From positions 73,115-137,114 of the forward strand of contig CAQIDI010000001.1 in assembly GCA_948806215.1 (NCBI GenBank): DNA of 64,000 nucleotides. Reading direction: 5' to 3'. This DNA comes from an uncultured Eubacteriales bacterium. GTDB taxonomy: Bacteria > Bacillota > Clostridia > Christensenellales > UBA1242. Below are positions 50,797 to 61,202 of this stretch, in pieces. The notes beneath the pieces are model-generated. The model ran no database searches. It was given only the letters and a program-made list of their open reading frames with translations, and was not told where the DNA came from. Position 1 is the first letter of the stretch, and every line of letters starts with the position of its first letter. A program made the translations under genes and the position numbers.

Positions 50797-51771
50797 TTAA
50801 TTAATTAAATTAACACTATTTAATATAAATAATTTTAATCTACTATTTTCAAGTGTTTCTTGGTTGCTAACAGTGTTATTTCCTTCGTGTTTTTCTCTTA
50901 TGGTATTAAGTAAGGAAGAAGCCTCGTGAATTTTCATAAAAGTTTTTAAGCACTCTTTTTCGTATTTAGTTAGTTTACTAACAGCCTCGTAAGCCTTTAA
51001 AAATGTTTTTATTCTAATTTTAGAAATCTCTAAATCGTTAACATCTAAACAAAGGTCAACAATCGAAATTGCAACATCAATAACTCGTGGTAAATAGTTA
51101 GAAGCACAAAAATCAATATAGTAAAGTTTACCAATTTTATCTTTTATAATGTTAGCTGTCCACAAATCGCCGTGAACAAAACCATATTTTAATTTTGAAA
51201 AATCACATAAATCTAATTCGGTTTTAAGTTGATAAAGTTCTTTATTTTCTGTTTTGTTTAGAATTTTCTTATGTTTTTCATATTCAACTGGAAAATCAAT
51301 TATTGACCACGGATCGTAAACTTTCGGTGGAATAAATTGAATTTTATTTAAATTTGCTAACTGCGTTGCAATTTCTTTTAATTCTTCTAAATTTGGAATT
51401 ATATTTAGCGATAACATATCAGAACCATTAATATATTCCATAACCATTAGTCGGTAATTGTTATTATTTAATATTGTTTGAAAAACATTGTTTCCTTCCA
51501 CTTTAAAAATTTTGGGACAAGAAAAACCATTCTCGTATGGAATTGTTGCTTTATCGGCAACATCTTTACACTCGTTTAATGTTCTAAATAAGGCAAAAAC
51601 TTTAACAAGATATTTACCAGTTGAAGTTGTTAAGACATAGTTAAAATCTTCATAACCAACCTCAATTAACTTATTATCAATAAACTCTCCAAAATTATAA
51701 TGTTCACATACCATTTTTGATAATTTTTCTAGTGGTACATTTAGATTAATGCGACGTTCATAAATATTCAT
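50797..51771 (-). CDS. aminoglycoside-phosphotransferase (APH)/choline-kinase fold kinase-like protein
   Basis: Catalytic loop FVHGDLWTANII and YYIDFCASN (Brenner/DFG-like). The start at ATG 51771 (MNIYERR) has GAGGAG 6 nt upstream. Confidence 0.75.
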   Translation of the reverse strand: MNIYERRINLNVPLEKLSKMVCEHYNFGEFIDNKLIEVGYEDFNYVLTTSTGKYLVKVFALFRTLNECKDVADKATIPYENGFSCPKIFKVEGNNVFQTILNNNNYRLMVMEYINGSDMLSLNIIPNLEELKEIATQLANLNKIQFIPPKVYDPWSIIDFPVEYEKHKKILNKTENKELYQLKTELDLCDFSKLKYGFVHGDLWTANIIKDKIGKLYYIDFCASNYLPRVIDVAISIVDLCLDVNDLEISKIRIKTFLKAYEAVSKLTKYEKECLKTFMKIHEASSLLNTIREKHEGNNTVSNQETLENSRLKLFILNSVNLIN

Positions 51772-51870
51772 AAAAAACTCCTCTATCAAGTATAACATAA
51801 AAATAAAAAATCAATATTATTTTTTTCTATCCTTTAACAAAAAATTAACTTAGATTAATAGTTTATAAAT

Positions 51871-51897
51871 AAAAAAAGCATCAAAAAATTGATGCTT
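51871..51897 (-). terminator. rho-independent terminator after rpsU
   Basis: Minus strand: AAGCATCAA-TTTT-TTGATGCTT followed by T7. Confidence 0.65.
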
Positions 51898-51902
51898 AAA
51901 AA

Positions 51903-52091
51903 TTAACCTTTGTTATTTTTTTTGTTGCGTTTAATAGCAGCTTTTGTTTTTTTCTTACGCTTAACACTTGGTTTTTCGTAAGCTTCGTGCTTTCTTAAAT
52001 CGCCGATGATACCATCTTTTTGGCATTTGCGTTTAAAGCGTTTGATAGCGTTTTCTACGCTTTCATTTTCACCAACTCTAACTGTTGACAT
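51903..52091 (-). CDS. rpsU: 30S ribosomal protein S21
   Basis: 62 aa. [21 protein letters not shown], the canonical S21 sequence. Confidence 0.95.
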   Translation of the reverse strand: MSTVRVGENESVENAIKRFKRKCQKDGIIGDLRKHEAYEKPSVKRKKKTKAAIKRNKKNNKG

Positions 52092-52171
52092 TAACTAATT
52101 CACCCACTTGTTTTAAAATTTCCTATATAGCATACTTAATTTTACTATTATTGTCAAGAAAAAATTACTAT

Positions 52172-52573
52172 CTAATTTAGTTTTAATTCGTTTGCAATTT
52201 TATTTAAATCAAAATTTTGTTTAACGCTTGCTGGATTTATTTTGTAGCCATCGCCACTAACGCGTGGAACAATGTGAAAATGAGTATGCATAACCGATTG
52301 CTCGGCATCTAATCCACTATTATTAAAAATATTAACACCAGTAAAGTTGCAATCATTAACATAGTGCTTTGATATTTTTTTAATTGCAAGCATTAATTCG
52401 CTATACGATTTGCTTTCGATATCTAAAACATTTGTTGAATGAACTTTAGGTATTACTATTGTATGCCCATAATAATCGGAAGCAATATCTAAAAAAGCAT
52501 AAACAAAATTATCTTCATAAATTTTATAGCTAGGAATTTCGCCTTTAATTATTTTACAAAAAATACAATCCAT
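52172..52573 (-). CDS. HIT family (histidine triad) protein
   Basis: 133 aa. CIFCKII start and HTHFHIVPR triad. Confidence 0.9.
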   Translation of the reverse strand: MDCIFCKIIKGEIPSYKIYEDNFVYAFLDIASDYYGHTIVIPKVHSTNVLDIESKSYSELMLAIKKISKHYVNDCNFTGVNIFNNSGLDAEQSVMHTHFHIVPRVSGDGYKINPASVKQNFDLNKIANELKLN

Positions 52574-52586
52574 AATAATTCTCCTA

Positions 52587-53855
52587 TTAAACTATTTCCG
52601 CCATCACACCATTAGGTGTAACTTCTAGCAATTTAACCTTAACTAACATATTTGGTTTTAGATTATTTGGTTTAATCAAAACTTTAATATAATTTTCGGT
52701 GTAACCTTGCATATAACCATTATTAATTTCTTCGGTTAGCATTGTAAAAGTTTTACCAAGCATTGTTTTATAAAAGTGTTGCTCATTTTTTTTGCATAGT
52801 TCAATTAACTTTGTTGTTCTTTCCTTTTTAACCTTATCGTTTACTTGAACCATTTTTGCCGCGTTAGTTCCGTTTCTAACTGAATATGGAAAAATATGAA
52901 CGTGACCAAAACCTGCAACATTGCAAAGATTAACAGTTTCTAAAAACTCGTTATCGCTCTCCTTAGGAAAACCAACAATAATATCGGTTGTTATGTTAGC
53001 ATTGGGATAATAACTTCTAATTAAATTAATTCTATCCAAATATTCTTCTGCCGTGTAATGTCTATTCATTCGCTTTAACACGGTTGTTGAGCCACTTTGC
53101 AAGCTTAAATGAAAGTGTGGGCAAAAGTTAGGGTTTTGTTTTAATTTTTCTAAAAACTGTTTAGTTATTATTCTAACTTCAAAACTACTTAACCTAATTC
53201 GTGCATTAACATTTTTTAGTTTTATTATTAAATCGCCAAGGTCAATGTTACCATCGCCATAGCTACTAACATCAATACCCGTTAAAACAATTTCGTTAGC
53301 ATTTTTTGAAAGGGTTTCCGCCTCGGAAACAATGTCGGTAGCACTACGGCTTCGATTTCGCCCTCTAAGATAAGGAATAATGCAATAAGAACAAAAGTTA
53401 TTGCAACCATCTTGAATTTTGATATATGCCCTTGTGTGGCTTTTATGTGGACACACAAGTTTGCTATTAAAGTTTGTTGTTAGCGGATATGGTTCAAATT
53501 TGTTGCCTTCTAACAAATCCAAAATGTTTTCGCGGCCTTCTGTTCCAATAATACTAATAACATTATCGCGCTTAAATTGTTCGGGATTATTTTGGCTTGC
53601 ACAACCACAAACAATTATTTTTGCTTTAGGATTAAATTTTAAAAGTTTTGTTATGTATTGCCTAGATTTTTTTTCGGATTCGTTAGTTACAGCACAAGTA
53701 GCCAAAATATAGTAATCGGCAAATTCGTGATTATATGTTATTTGATAACCATTACTGCTTAAAATGTTTGCCATACTATCAATTTCGTATTTATTAACTT
53801 TACAACCAAGATTAATTAAACAAACCTTTTTACCGTTGTTTTTTAAGTTTTGCAT
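52587..53855 (-). CDS. mtaB: tRNA (t6A37) methylthiotransferase MtaB
   Basis: 422 aa. N-terminal UPF0004 Cys triad, radical-SAM CNNFCSYC, C-terminal TRAM-like end. Position after rsmE, as yqeV in B. subtilis. Confidence 0.85.
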   Translation of the reverse strand: MQNLKNNGKKVCLINLGCKVNKYEIDSMANILSSNGYQITYNHEFADYYILATCAVTNESEKKSRQYITKLLKFNPKAKIIVCGCASQNNPEQFKRDNVISIIGTEGRENILDLLEGNKFEPYPLTTNFNSKLVCPHKSHTRAYIKIQDGCNNFCSYCIIPYLRGRNRSRSATDIVSEAETLSKNANEIVLTGIDVSSYGDGNIDLGDLIIKLKNVNARIRLSSFEVRIITKQFLEKLKQNPNFCPHFHLSLQSGSTTVLKRMNRHYTAEEYLDRINLIRSYYPNANITTDIIVGFPKESDNEFLETVNLCNVAGFGHVHIFPYSVRNGTNAAKMVQVNDKVKKERTTKLIELCKKNEQHFYKTMLGKTFTMLTEEINNGYMQGYTENYIKVLIKPNNLKPNMLVKVKLLEVTPNGVMAEIV

Positions 53856-53860
53856 AGTAG

Positions 53861-54580
53861 TTATTTAAACTCTCCTAAGTATTCTAAAGTTAGTGTTGTT
53901 AACATTATTGCTGCAGTTTCGGCACGCAAAATCCGTTTGGACAAACTAATGCTTTTTGCGCCACTACTAATTAACATATTTTTTTCTTCGACACTAAATC
54001 CACCTTCTGGCCCAATTATTATTGCAACCTTATTTGGATTTGTTTTTCCTAAACAATCGCTAATTGTTACATTATGCTCCGATTCGTTTGCAAACAAAAA
54101 TAAGTCGTAGTTATTTACAACAATATCCTTAATATTTATTGTTGGAAAAACTTTGGCAGGCTTACTTCTGCCACACTGTTTAACACTTTGATTTGAAATT
54201 AGTTGCAACTTTTCGTGCTTGTTTTTATTATCCTTAATAACTGTGAAAGCACTTTCAAACGGAACAATGTTGGTAACACCCAATTCGGTTAGTTTTTGAA
54301 TTGTTAAATTTAGTTTATCGTTTTTAATTAACGCCACAAAAGCTGTTAAATTAGTTTTTGGATTTGCCAAATTTAGTGTTTTATTTAAAATTGTTAGTTC
54401 GGTGCTAGCTTTATTTATTTTTAAAATTTCGCATTCGTAATTATAATCGTCACCACAAACAACCAAAACTTTTGTTCCAACATTTAACCTTAAAACATTT
54501 TTTAAGTGGTTATGTTCGTCGCCATCAATCAAAACAATATTATTATTAAAATTTTTACTATCAACATAAAAAGTTTTCAT
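53861..54580 (-). CDS. rsmE: 16S rRNA (uracil1498-N3)-methyltransferase
   Basis: 239 aa. PUA-like N-terminus with HHLKNVLRL, C-terminal IIGPEGGFS...LRAETA. Confidence 0.85.
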   Translation of the reverse strand: MKTFYVDSKNFNNNIVLIDGDEHNHLKNVLRLNVGTKVLVVCGDDYNYECEILKINKASTELTILNKTLNLANPKTNLTAFVALIKNDKLNLTIQKLTELGVTNIVPFESAFTVIKDNKNKHEKLQLISNQSVKQCGRSKPAKVFPTINIKDIVVNNYDLFLFANESEHNVTISDCLGKTNPNKVAIIIGPEGGFSVEEKNMLISSGAKSISLSKRILRAETAAIMLTTLTLEYLGEFK

Positions 54581-54627
54581 ATAAGTATTTTAGCATATAG
54601 TTAATTTTAATAAAAGGAATTTTACAT

Positions 54628-55179
54628 TTAAGGTTTAGAAACTATAAAACTAAAGTTTTCGTTTTTGATTTTAACGCTATAAACTTTGTTTAGTTTTAGT
54701 TCGCCTTTATGAAACATTTTTGTTGTTAGTGTTTGTTCGCTTCCATTAACTTTATAAGTTATTTCATAAAATTTAAATCCTAAAAGGTTTAAAAACGGAT
54801 TTATATAAAACATACTGTTAGTTATATAAACAACGCCAATAAATACCAAAATTAAAGCACTAATAACAAACATACACACTTTTGAAATATCAAATGTTAA
54901 GGCAAACAAAATAAAAATTGAAAAATACCCAAAAAAGTGCTGATCGGTTATGTTTTGTTTTGAAATAATTGTTATTTGTTCGGTTTTGTGATTGGAAAAC
55001 TTAACATTCCACACCACTCCTAAAATCCCCAAAATAATTAACACACTAAGCAATATTAAAATAATTGAGTTTAAAACGTTTAGTGTTAGGTTGTTATTAA
55101 TTAATTCTATTATTAATTTTATAAGTAATAGCACATACATAGGAATAAATGCACTAAAAAATAAAAACAAATTTTTCAT
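54628..55179 (-). CDS. hypothetical 4-TM membrane protein with small C-terminal soluble domain
   Basis: 183 aa. No recognisable motif. Isolated between the dnaJ terminator and rsmE. Confidence 0.6.
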   Translation of the reverse strand: MKNLFLFFSAFIPMYVLLLIKLIIELINNNLTLNVLNSIILILLSVLIILGILGVVWNVKFSNHKTEQITIISKQNITDQHFFGYFSIFILFALTFDISKVCMFVISALILVFIGVVYITNSMFYINPFLNLLGFKFYEITYKVNGSEQTLTTKMFHKGELKLNKVYSVKIKNENFSFIVSKP

Positions 55180-55264
55180 ATTAAAATTATTGGTTTAAAT
55201 TATGTTATTTAAACTATTAAGTTTTTTTATTTATTTAAAATAAAAAAATAATGTGGATTCCACA

Positions 55265-56389
55265 TTATTTTATGCTTTCAAAATCTTTTAAATAATTTTT
55301 ATATCTTGAAAAATCGGAGTTATTAAATTTATCTTCTAAGTTAGACAGTAAGGTTTTTTCTTCTTTGCTTAAACCTTTTGGCGATTCGCCAACAATGGTT
55401 ACATTAACACTTCCATAGTTTTGTGAATTTAAGTTTTTAATACCCTTACCTTTTAACTTGAACACTGTGTTGCTTTGAGTTAGTTCCGGTATTTTTATGG
55501 TAGTTGTGCCTTTTGGTAATGGAACTTCCACTTCTCCGCCAAGTAGCAGTGTGTAGAATGGAACATAAACTTTTATATTTAAGTCGTAACCATCGCGAAC
55601 TAGCATTTTATGTTGTTTAACACTAACTAAAATTTGCAAGTCGCCACTTTGACCACCACGAATTCCGGAATTACCAGCACCACGCATTGTTAAAACCTGA
55701 CCATCATCGATACCAGCTGGGATTTTAATGTTTACTTTTTTGTTAATTTTGTTGTAACCATTTCCAGAACATTCTGGGCATTTTTCTAAAATCTTTTTAC
55801 CTGTTCCGTTACAAGTTTTACAAACTCCTGTTCTAACCACTCTACCAAATAACGATTGTTCGGTATATTTAACATAACCATTTCCGTTACAATCTGGACA
55901 AGTTGAAAGCTTTGTTCCATTTTTAGCTCCTGTGCCAGAACAAGCCGAACAAGATTCTATTTTGTTAACATTAATTTCTTTTTCGCAACCAAACACAGCT
56001 TCTTCAAAACTAAGTCCAAGTTTTATAGCAATATCTTCTCCATTTATAGCTGTTGATTTTTGACCGCCAAAACCTCCAAAGCCACCGCCAAACATATTAA
56101 ATAAATCTTCAAAGCCACCACTAAAGTTAAAACCACCACCATTTCCGCCAAAGAAATCGTTAGGATTTGGGCCTTGTGCACTACCATATGTATCGTAGTT
56201 ACTTTTTTTTGTTGGGTCGGATAAACACTCGTAGGCTTCGTTTATTTCTTTAAACTTTTCTTGTGCTTCGGGTGATTTATTTAAATCGGGATGATATTTT
56301 TTAGCCAAAGTTCGATATGCACTTTTAATTTCATCAGGAGTGGCATTTTTATCCACTCCTAATGTTTCATAATAATTTTTATTTGCCAC
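55265..56389 (-). CDS. dnaJ: molecular chaperone DnaJ
   Basis: 374 aa. J domain with HPD, G/F region, four CxxCxGxG zinc motifs. Confidence 0.95.
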   Translation of the reverse strand: MANKNYYETLGVDKNATPDEIKSAYRTLAKKYHPDLNKSPEAQEKFKEINEAYECLSDPTKKSNYDTYGSAQGPNPNDFFGGNGGGFNFSGGFEDLFNMFGGGFGGFGGQKSTAINGEDIAIKLGLSFEEAVFGCEKEINVNKIESCSACSGTGAKNGTKLSTCPDCNGNGYVKYTEQSLFGRVVRTGVCKTCNGTGKKILEKCPECSGNGYNKINKKVNIKIPAGIDDGQVLTMRGAGNSGIRGGQSGDLQILVSVKQHKMLVRDGYDLNIKVYVPFYTLLLGGEVEVPLPKGTTTIKIPELTQSNTVFKLKGKGIKNLNSQNYGSVNVTIVGESPKGLSKEEKTLLSNLEDKFNNSDFSRYKNYLKDFESIK

Positions 56390-56408
56390 AAAATTATCTC
56401 ACTTTTTA

Positions 56409-58238
56409 TTACTTTTTATCGTTATCGTCGATTATAACTTCGTCGTTATCATCTTTTTTATTTTCTTTATTATCGGCATTTTCTGCTTGAGCTTTTTCTT
56501 GTGCTGCTTGATAAAGTTTTGTAACAACTGCTTCGTTTTCTTTGCTTAATTCTTCCATAGCTTTTCTAATTGTTTCAGCATCGTCTGATTTGAATTGTTC
56601 TTTTGCTTTTTCAATAGATTTTTCAAGTTTTTCTTTATCTTCGGCACTAATTTTGTCGCCATTATCTCTTAACATTTTTTCTAACGCAAACACTAAATTA
56701 TCTGCTTGGTTTTTAAGGTCTACTAGTTCTTTGCGTTTTTTATCTTCTTCTTCGTGCTCTTTTGCTTCTTTAATAGCTTTATCAATTTCGTCTTCTTTTA
56801 AGTTAGAAGAAGCTGTTATTGTAATAGATTGTTGTTTGTTTGTTCCAAGATCTTTAGCACTAACAGAAACAATACCATTTGCATCAATATCGAATGTAAC
56901 TTCGATTTGAGGAACTCCACGAGGTGCTGGAGGAATATCGCTTAATTGGAAACGACCTAACGATTTATTATCCTTTGCAAATTCTCTTTCGCCTTGTAGC
57001 ACGTGAATATCAACGCCCGGTTGATTATCGGCAGCTGTTGAGAACACTTGTGATTTTTTGGTTGGGATTGTTGTGTTACGTTCGATTAGTTTTGTAAACA
57101 CTCCACCCAATGTTTCAATACCTAAAGATAGTGGTGTAACATCTAATAGTAAAACATCTTTAACATCGCCAGCAAGAACGCCTGCTTGAATACTTGCACC
57201 AATAGCAACACATTCGTCCGGGTTAATACCCTTATATGGTTCTTTACCTGTTAGTTTTTTAACTGCTTCAAAAACAGCTGGAATACGAGTTGAACCACCA
57301 ACCATTAACACTTTGTTAATATCGCCATAGCCAAGGCGTGCATCCTTCATAACTTGTTTAACTTTATCTAATGTGCGTTCTACAAGATCTGAAGTAATGT
57401 TATCGAATTTAGCACGGCTAAGGTCGTATTCTAAGTGTTTAGGACCTGTTGCATCGGATGTGATAAATGGTAAGCTAATAGTTGTTTGAGTTGCAGCAGA
57501 AAGATCGATTTTGGCTTTTTCTGCGGCTTCTTTTAATCTTTGCATAGCAAGCTTATCTGTGCTTAAATCAATGCCTTCTTGACTTTTAAATTCTTTAACT
57601 AACAAATCGATAATTGCTTGATCGAAATCGTCGCCACCAAGTTTTGTATCGCCACCAGTTGCTAAAACTTCGAACACGCCATCGCCAATTTCCATTAACG
57701 AAATATCAAATGTACCACCACCTAGGTCGTATACTAATATTTTTTGGTTTTTGTTTTCGCCTTTATCAAGACCATATGCCAAAGCTGCTGCTGTTGGTTC
57801 GTTAATAATTCTTAAAACATCTAATCCTGCAATTTTACCAGCATCTTTAGTTGCTTGGCGTTGACTATCGTTAAAGTAAGCAGGAACAGTTATAACAGCT
57901 TGATTAACTTTTTCGCCTAAATAACTTTCTGCATCGGCTTTAAGTTTTTTAAGTATCATAGAAGAAATTTCTTGTGGGCTATATTTTTTATTGTCCACAT
58001 TAACTCTGTAGTCTGACCCCATTTCGCGTTTAATTGAAATAACTGTGTGGTCTGGGTTTGCAACAGCTTGACGCTTTGCAACTTGACCAACTAAAATTTC
58101 GCCATCTTTTTTAAATGCTACAACACTAGGTGTTGTTCTGCCACCTTCTGCATTAGCAATAACAGTTGGTTCTCCACCTTCCATAACTGCAACGCAAGAG
58201 TTTGTTGTTCCTAAATCTATTCCTATAATTTTTGCCAT
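56409..58238 (-). CDS. dnaK: molecular chaperone DnaK
   Basis: 609 aa. [18 protein letters not shown], Hsp70 signature throughout. Confidence 0.97.
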   Translation of the reverse strand: MAKIIGIDLGTTNSCVAVMEGGEPTVIANAEGGRTTPSVVAFKKDGEILVGQVAKRQAVANPDHTVISIKREMGSDYRVNVDNKKYSPQEISSMILKKLKADAESYLGEKVNQAVITVPAYFNDSQRQATKDAGKIAGLDVLRIINEPTAAALAYGLDKGENKNQKILVYDLGGGTFDISLMEIGDGVFEVLATGGDTKLGGDDFDQAIIDLLVKEFKSQEGIDLSTDKLAMQRLKEAAEKAKIDLSAATQTTISLPFITSDATGPKHLEYDLSRAKFDNITSDLVERTLDKVKQVMKDARLGYGDINKVLMVGGSTRIPAVFEAVKKLTGKEPYKGINPDECVAIGASIQAGVLAGDVKDVLLLDVTPLSLGIETLGGVFTKLIERNTTIPTKKSQVFSTAADNQPGVDIHVLQGEREFAKDNKSLGRFQLSDIPPAPRGVPQIEVTFDIDANGIVSVSAKDLGTNKQQSITITASSNLKEDEIDKAIKEAKEHEEEDKKRKELVDLKNQADNLVFALEKMLRDNGDKISAEDKEKLEKSIEKAKEQFKSDDAETIRKAMEELSKENEAVVTKLYQAAQEKAQAENADNKENKKDDNDEVIIDDNDKK

Positions 58239-58278
58239 AATTTATAATCTCCTTAAATATAAATAAATTTTTTAATAA

Positions 58279-58827
58279 TTAAATTTTGTTAATTTTAACA
58301 ACGCTATGTCGTATTACTTTTGTTTCGGATTTAAAGCCTTCTTGTAGTTCTTCGGTTATAATATCGTTACCAAATTCCGGATTGTTATCGGTTAAAACTG
58401 CATTATGAAGGCTTGGGTCAAATTCCTGCCCTACACACTCAATTTTTTTAATTCCGAATGTGTCTAGTGCTTTTATTAGTTGACCGTGAATTAAGTTAAG
58501 CCCCGAAAGTGCTTTTTCATCACTAATTGTTTGTCTGGCTTGCTTAAAACTATCAAACACGGGAAGCAGTTTTTCAACAAAATCGTAAACTCCCATATTA
58601 TAACTTTTTAATGCAACATCGGCATTGCGTTTTTTATAGTTTTCAAAGTCGGCTTGAATGCGTTGTGCCATTTCAAGATATCCTAATGCATCCTCGGAAA
58701 CATCGTTATGTTCGCAACCGCAACCATTTTCGCCACACGAGCAAGTTTCGTTTTTATCGTCGTGATGGCATCCGCCACAGCCACAAGTTTTTTTCTCGTT
58801 TTTTTCGTCTTGTTTTTTACCCTTCAT
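58279..58827 (-). CDS. grpE: nucleotide exchange factor GrpE with Cys/His-rich N-terminal extension
   Basis: 182 aa. GrpE core (RIQADFENYKKR ... VIRHSVVKI). Sits between hrcA and dnaK. Confidence 0.9.
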   Translation of the reverse strand: MKGKKQDEKNEKKTCGCGGCHHDDKNETCSCGENGCGCEHNDVSEDALGYLEMAQRIQADFENYKKRNADVALKSYNMGVYDFVEKLLPVFDSFKQARQTISDEKALSGLNLIHGQLIKALDTFGIKKIECVGQEFDPSLHNAVLTDNNPEFGNDIITEELQEGFKSETKVIRHSVVKINKI

Positions 58828-58829
58828 AA

Positions 58830-59876
58830 TTACTCCTTATTGTAATTTTTTATTTCGTCGGAAATATATTTTAATGCCGAAGCAATTTTAGCATAATCCA
58901 TTCGTTCTGGACCAAGCACACTAACCGATGCCACAACCCCATTTCCAATGTTATAGTTTGCATTAATAATTGAATAATCGGAATATTTTTCGTTTAAATT
59001 TTCTTCTCCAATAGTAAAAACCAGTTCGTTAGTTGCATTATCATCAATATTTTCGATAATCTCTTTTATTTCGTGTTCGTTTTCGATTAAGCTTAAAAAC
59101 TTTTTAGCCCTATTAATATCCTTATATTCCGGCTCATCTAGAAGTTTTGTTGCATTATTATGAATTAATCTGCTTGTTTTTTCTTCGGCAAATTTTTTTA
59201 TAACATTTGTTACTGAAACAAATAATTCTTGATAAAACTTTATTTGGTTTTTAAACAAATTATTATAATAATCAATATTTAACATTATATCTTCAATGGT
59301 TTTACCATAAAGATTTGTTGTTAAATATTTTGAAGCATCCTTGCAAATTTCTTCTGTTACATCAGCATTTAAATTAACTGTGCTATTAATAATTCCTGCA
59401 CTGGTTTGAAACAACACTAAGCCTTGCCCTGTTATTAAAGGTATTACATTAATGCCATTAACAACCAAATTTTTGTAACCTTTAATTTTTATGTAGGTTG
59501 GAAAATTTGTTATTTCGTTAATGCTTTTTGCAATATCGGTTAAAACATCACTCAAAAATGTTGACCTAACAACAAACTTATCCTTTATTTGATTAATAAC
59601 CTGCTCATCAAAATTGTTGTTTGATAAAAGCTGATTAACATAAAACCTATAAGCCTTTGTTGTTGGAACTCTGCCAGAACTGGTGTGCAACTGCTTTAAA
59701 TATCCCATTTGCTCTAGTGTGTTTAACTCGTTTCGAAGTGTTGCACTACTAAGATTATTAAATAGTGTTTTATGAACTTTTTCACTTGTTATTGGGCTTG
59801 CATTTTCGATATAACTTTCAACAGCGTTAAATAAAAGTTCCTTTTTTCTATCAGAAATTTTAATATCTTCTTTCAT
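58830..59876 (-). CDS. hrcA: heat-inducible transcription repressor HrcA
   Basis: wHTH N-terminus (SSATLRNELNTLEQMGYL). The start at ATG 59876 has AAGGGGA upstream. The longer ORF-track start would run into the CIRCE element. Confidence 0.9.
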   Translation of the reverse strand: MKEDIKISDRKKELLFNAVESYIENASPITSEKVHKTLFNNLSSATLRNELNTLEQMGYLKQLHTSSGRVPTTKAYRFYVNQLLSNNNFDEQVINQIKDKFVVRSTFLSDVLTDIAKSINEITNFPTYIKIKGYKNLVVNGINVIPLITGQGLVLFQTSAGIINSTVNLNADVTEEICKDASKYLTTNLYGKTIEDIMLNIDYYNNLFKNQIKFYQELFVSVTNVIKKFAEEKTSRLIHNNATKLLDEPEYKDINRAKKFLSLIENEHEIKEIIENIDDNATNELVFTIGEENLNEKYSDYSIINANYNIGNGVVASVSVLGPERMDYAKIASALKYISDEIKNYNKE

Positions 59877-59911
59877 ATTCCCCTTTTTTAGCAAACTTAC
59901 TATTTTAAGTG

Positions 59912-59938
59912 TTAGCACTCTTTACTTTCAAGTGCTAA
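59912..59938. promoter_or_regulatory. CIRCE operator (HrcA binding site)
   Basis: TTAGCACTC-N9-AAGTGCTAA. One mismatch to the consensus TTAGCACTC-N9-GAGTGCTAA. Confidence 0.9.
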
Positions 59939-59942
59939 CCAT

Positions 59943-59971
59943 ATTTTAGTACTATTATATGTTATAGTCAA
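59943..59971 (-). promoter_or_regulatory. sigma-A-type promoter of the hrcA-grpE-dnaK-dnaJ operon
   Basis: Minus strand: TTGACT (59971-59966), 17-nt spacer, TAAAAT (59948-59943). CIRCE starts 4 nt downstream. Confidence 0.65.
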
Positions 59972-60074
59972 ACATTTATGTTAAAAATTTTTAAAATTTT
60001 TTAATTTTTTTTTGTTTGTTACATAAAAACTAAAAATATTTTTTTATTCAGCAAAAAAAGAGCAAAATTGCTCT

Positions 60075-61202
60075 TTAAACTAACATTAAAATTATTTGAT
60101 TTAAAACTCTAAAGCCTTTTAATGCTGATAAGTTGTTATTTTTAATTTCGATTAGGTTTAATTTTTTTAATTCCGAAATTTCTTTTTGTTTTGTAACTAA
60201 TAGGTCAACGCCAAAAGTTTTTTTAATATAATCTAGGTTAATCCCCTCGCTTAATCTTAACCCTAACATTAAATATTCTTCTAATAGTTCAGTTGTATTT
60301 GATTTATGTTTTTCTTCAATTACCGAAGCACCACTATTTATATTAGTTATATATTTTTCTATATTAGCTATATTATTATATCTATAACCATTAACAAAAC
60401 TATGTGCACTTGCACCAAACCCAACATAAGGTTTTAGTTTCCAACAATTATAGTTGTGCACACACTTAAAACCATCTAAGCAAAAATTGCTAACTTCGTA
60501 ACGATTAAATCCATTTTTATTTAGTAATTTTATAGCATAGTTAAACAAACTTAAGGTTTTAGTTTCTTTAGGCAGCTTTAATTCGCCGTTTTTAACCATA
60601 TTATAAAGCGGAGTGTTTTCTTCTAAAATCAGAGTGTAACAACTAATATGAGTGCTAAATTTGCTAGCATTTTTAATTGTGTGCTTTACATCTGATGCTT
60701 TCTGCCTTGGAAGGCCAAGCATTACATCGGTGTTAATATTTTTAAAACCAACCGCTTTTAAATGGTTTATTGCATTAGTGTAATCGTTAAAAGTGTGAAT
60801 GCGATTTATTAGTTTTAGCAGCTTATTGCTGGAACTTTGCAAACCAACACTAACTCGGTTAATTCCACAATTAAACCATTCTAAAGCCGATTCGTAACTA
60901 ATGGAATTTGGATTTGCTTCCATAGTTATTTCGGCATTATTTAAAACATTAAAGTGATTTTTAATTGTGTTAACTATTAAAGGAATAAGCCCCGGAGTTA
61001 ATACGCTAGGTGTGCCGCCACCAATAAAGATTGTGTCAATGTTATAATTTTTAAATTTATTAGCACTATTAATTATTTCTTTAATTAAACTTGCCACATA
61101 GTTTTGTTGAGTTTCGTTTTTTGTTACGCACGAATAAAAATCGCAATAGTAACACTTTGAAGCACAAAACGGAATGTGAACATATATTCCTAAAGTTTTC
61201 AT
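60075..61202 (-). CDS. hemW: radical SAM heme chaperone HemW (HemN-like)
   Basis: 375 aa. YVHIPFCASKCYYCDF, GGGTPS. Sits between lepA and hrcA as in Bacillus. Confidence 0.9.
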   Translation of the reverse strand: MKTLGIYVHIPFCASKCYYCDFYSCVTKNETQQNYVASLIKEIINSANKFKNYNIDTIFIGGGTPSVLTPGLIPLIVNTIKNHFNVLNNAEITMEANPNSISYESALEWFNCGINRVSVGLQSSSNKLLKLINRIHTFNDYTNAINHLKAVGFKNINTDVMLGLPRQKASDVKHTIKNASKFSTHISCYTLILEENTPLYNMVKNGELKLPKETKTLSLFNYAIKLLNKNGFNRYEVSNFCLDGFKCVHNYNCWKLKPYVGFGASAHSFVNGYRYNNIANIEKYITNINSGASVIEEKHKSNTTELLEEYLMLGLRLSEGINLDYIKKTFGVDLLVTKQKEISELKKLNLIEIKNNNLSALKGFRVLNQIILMLV

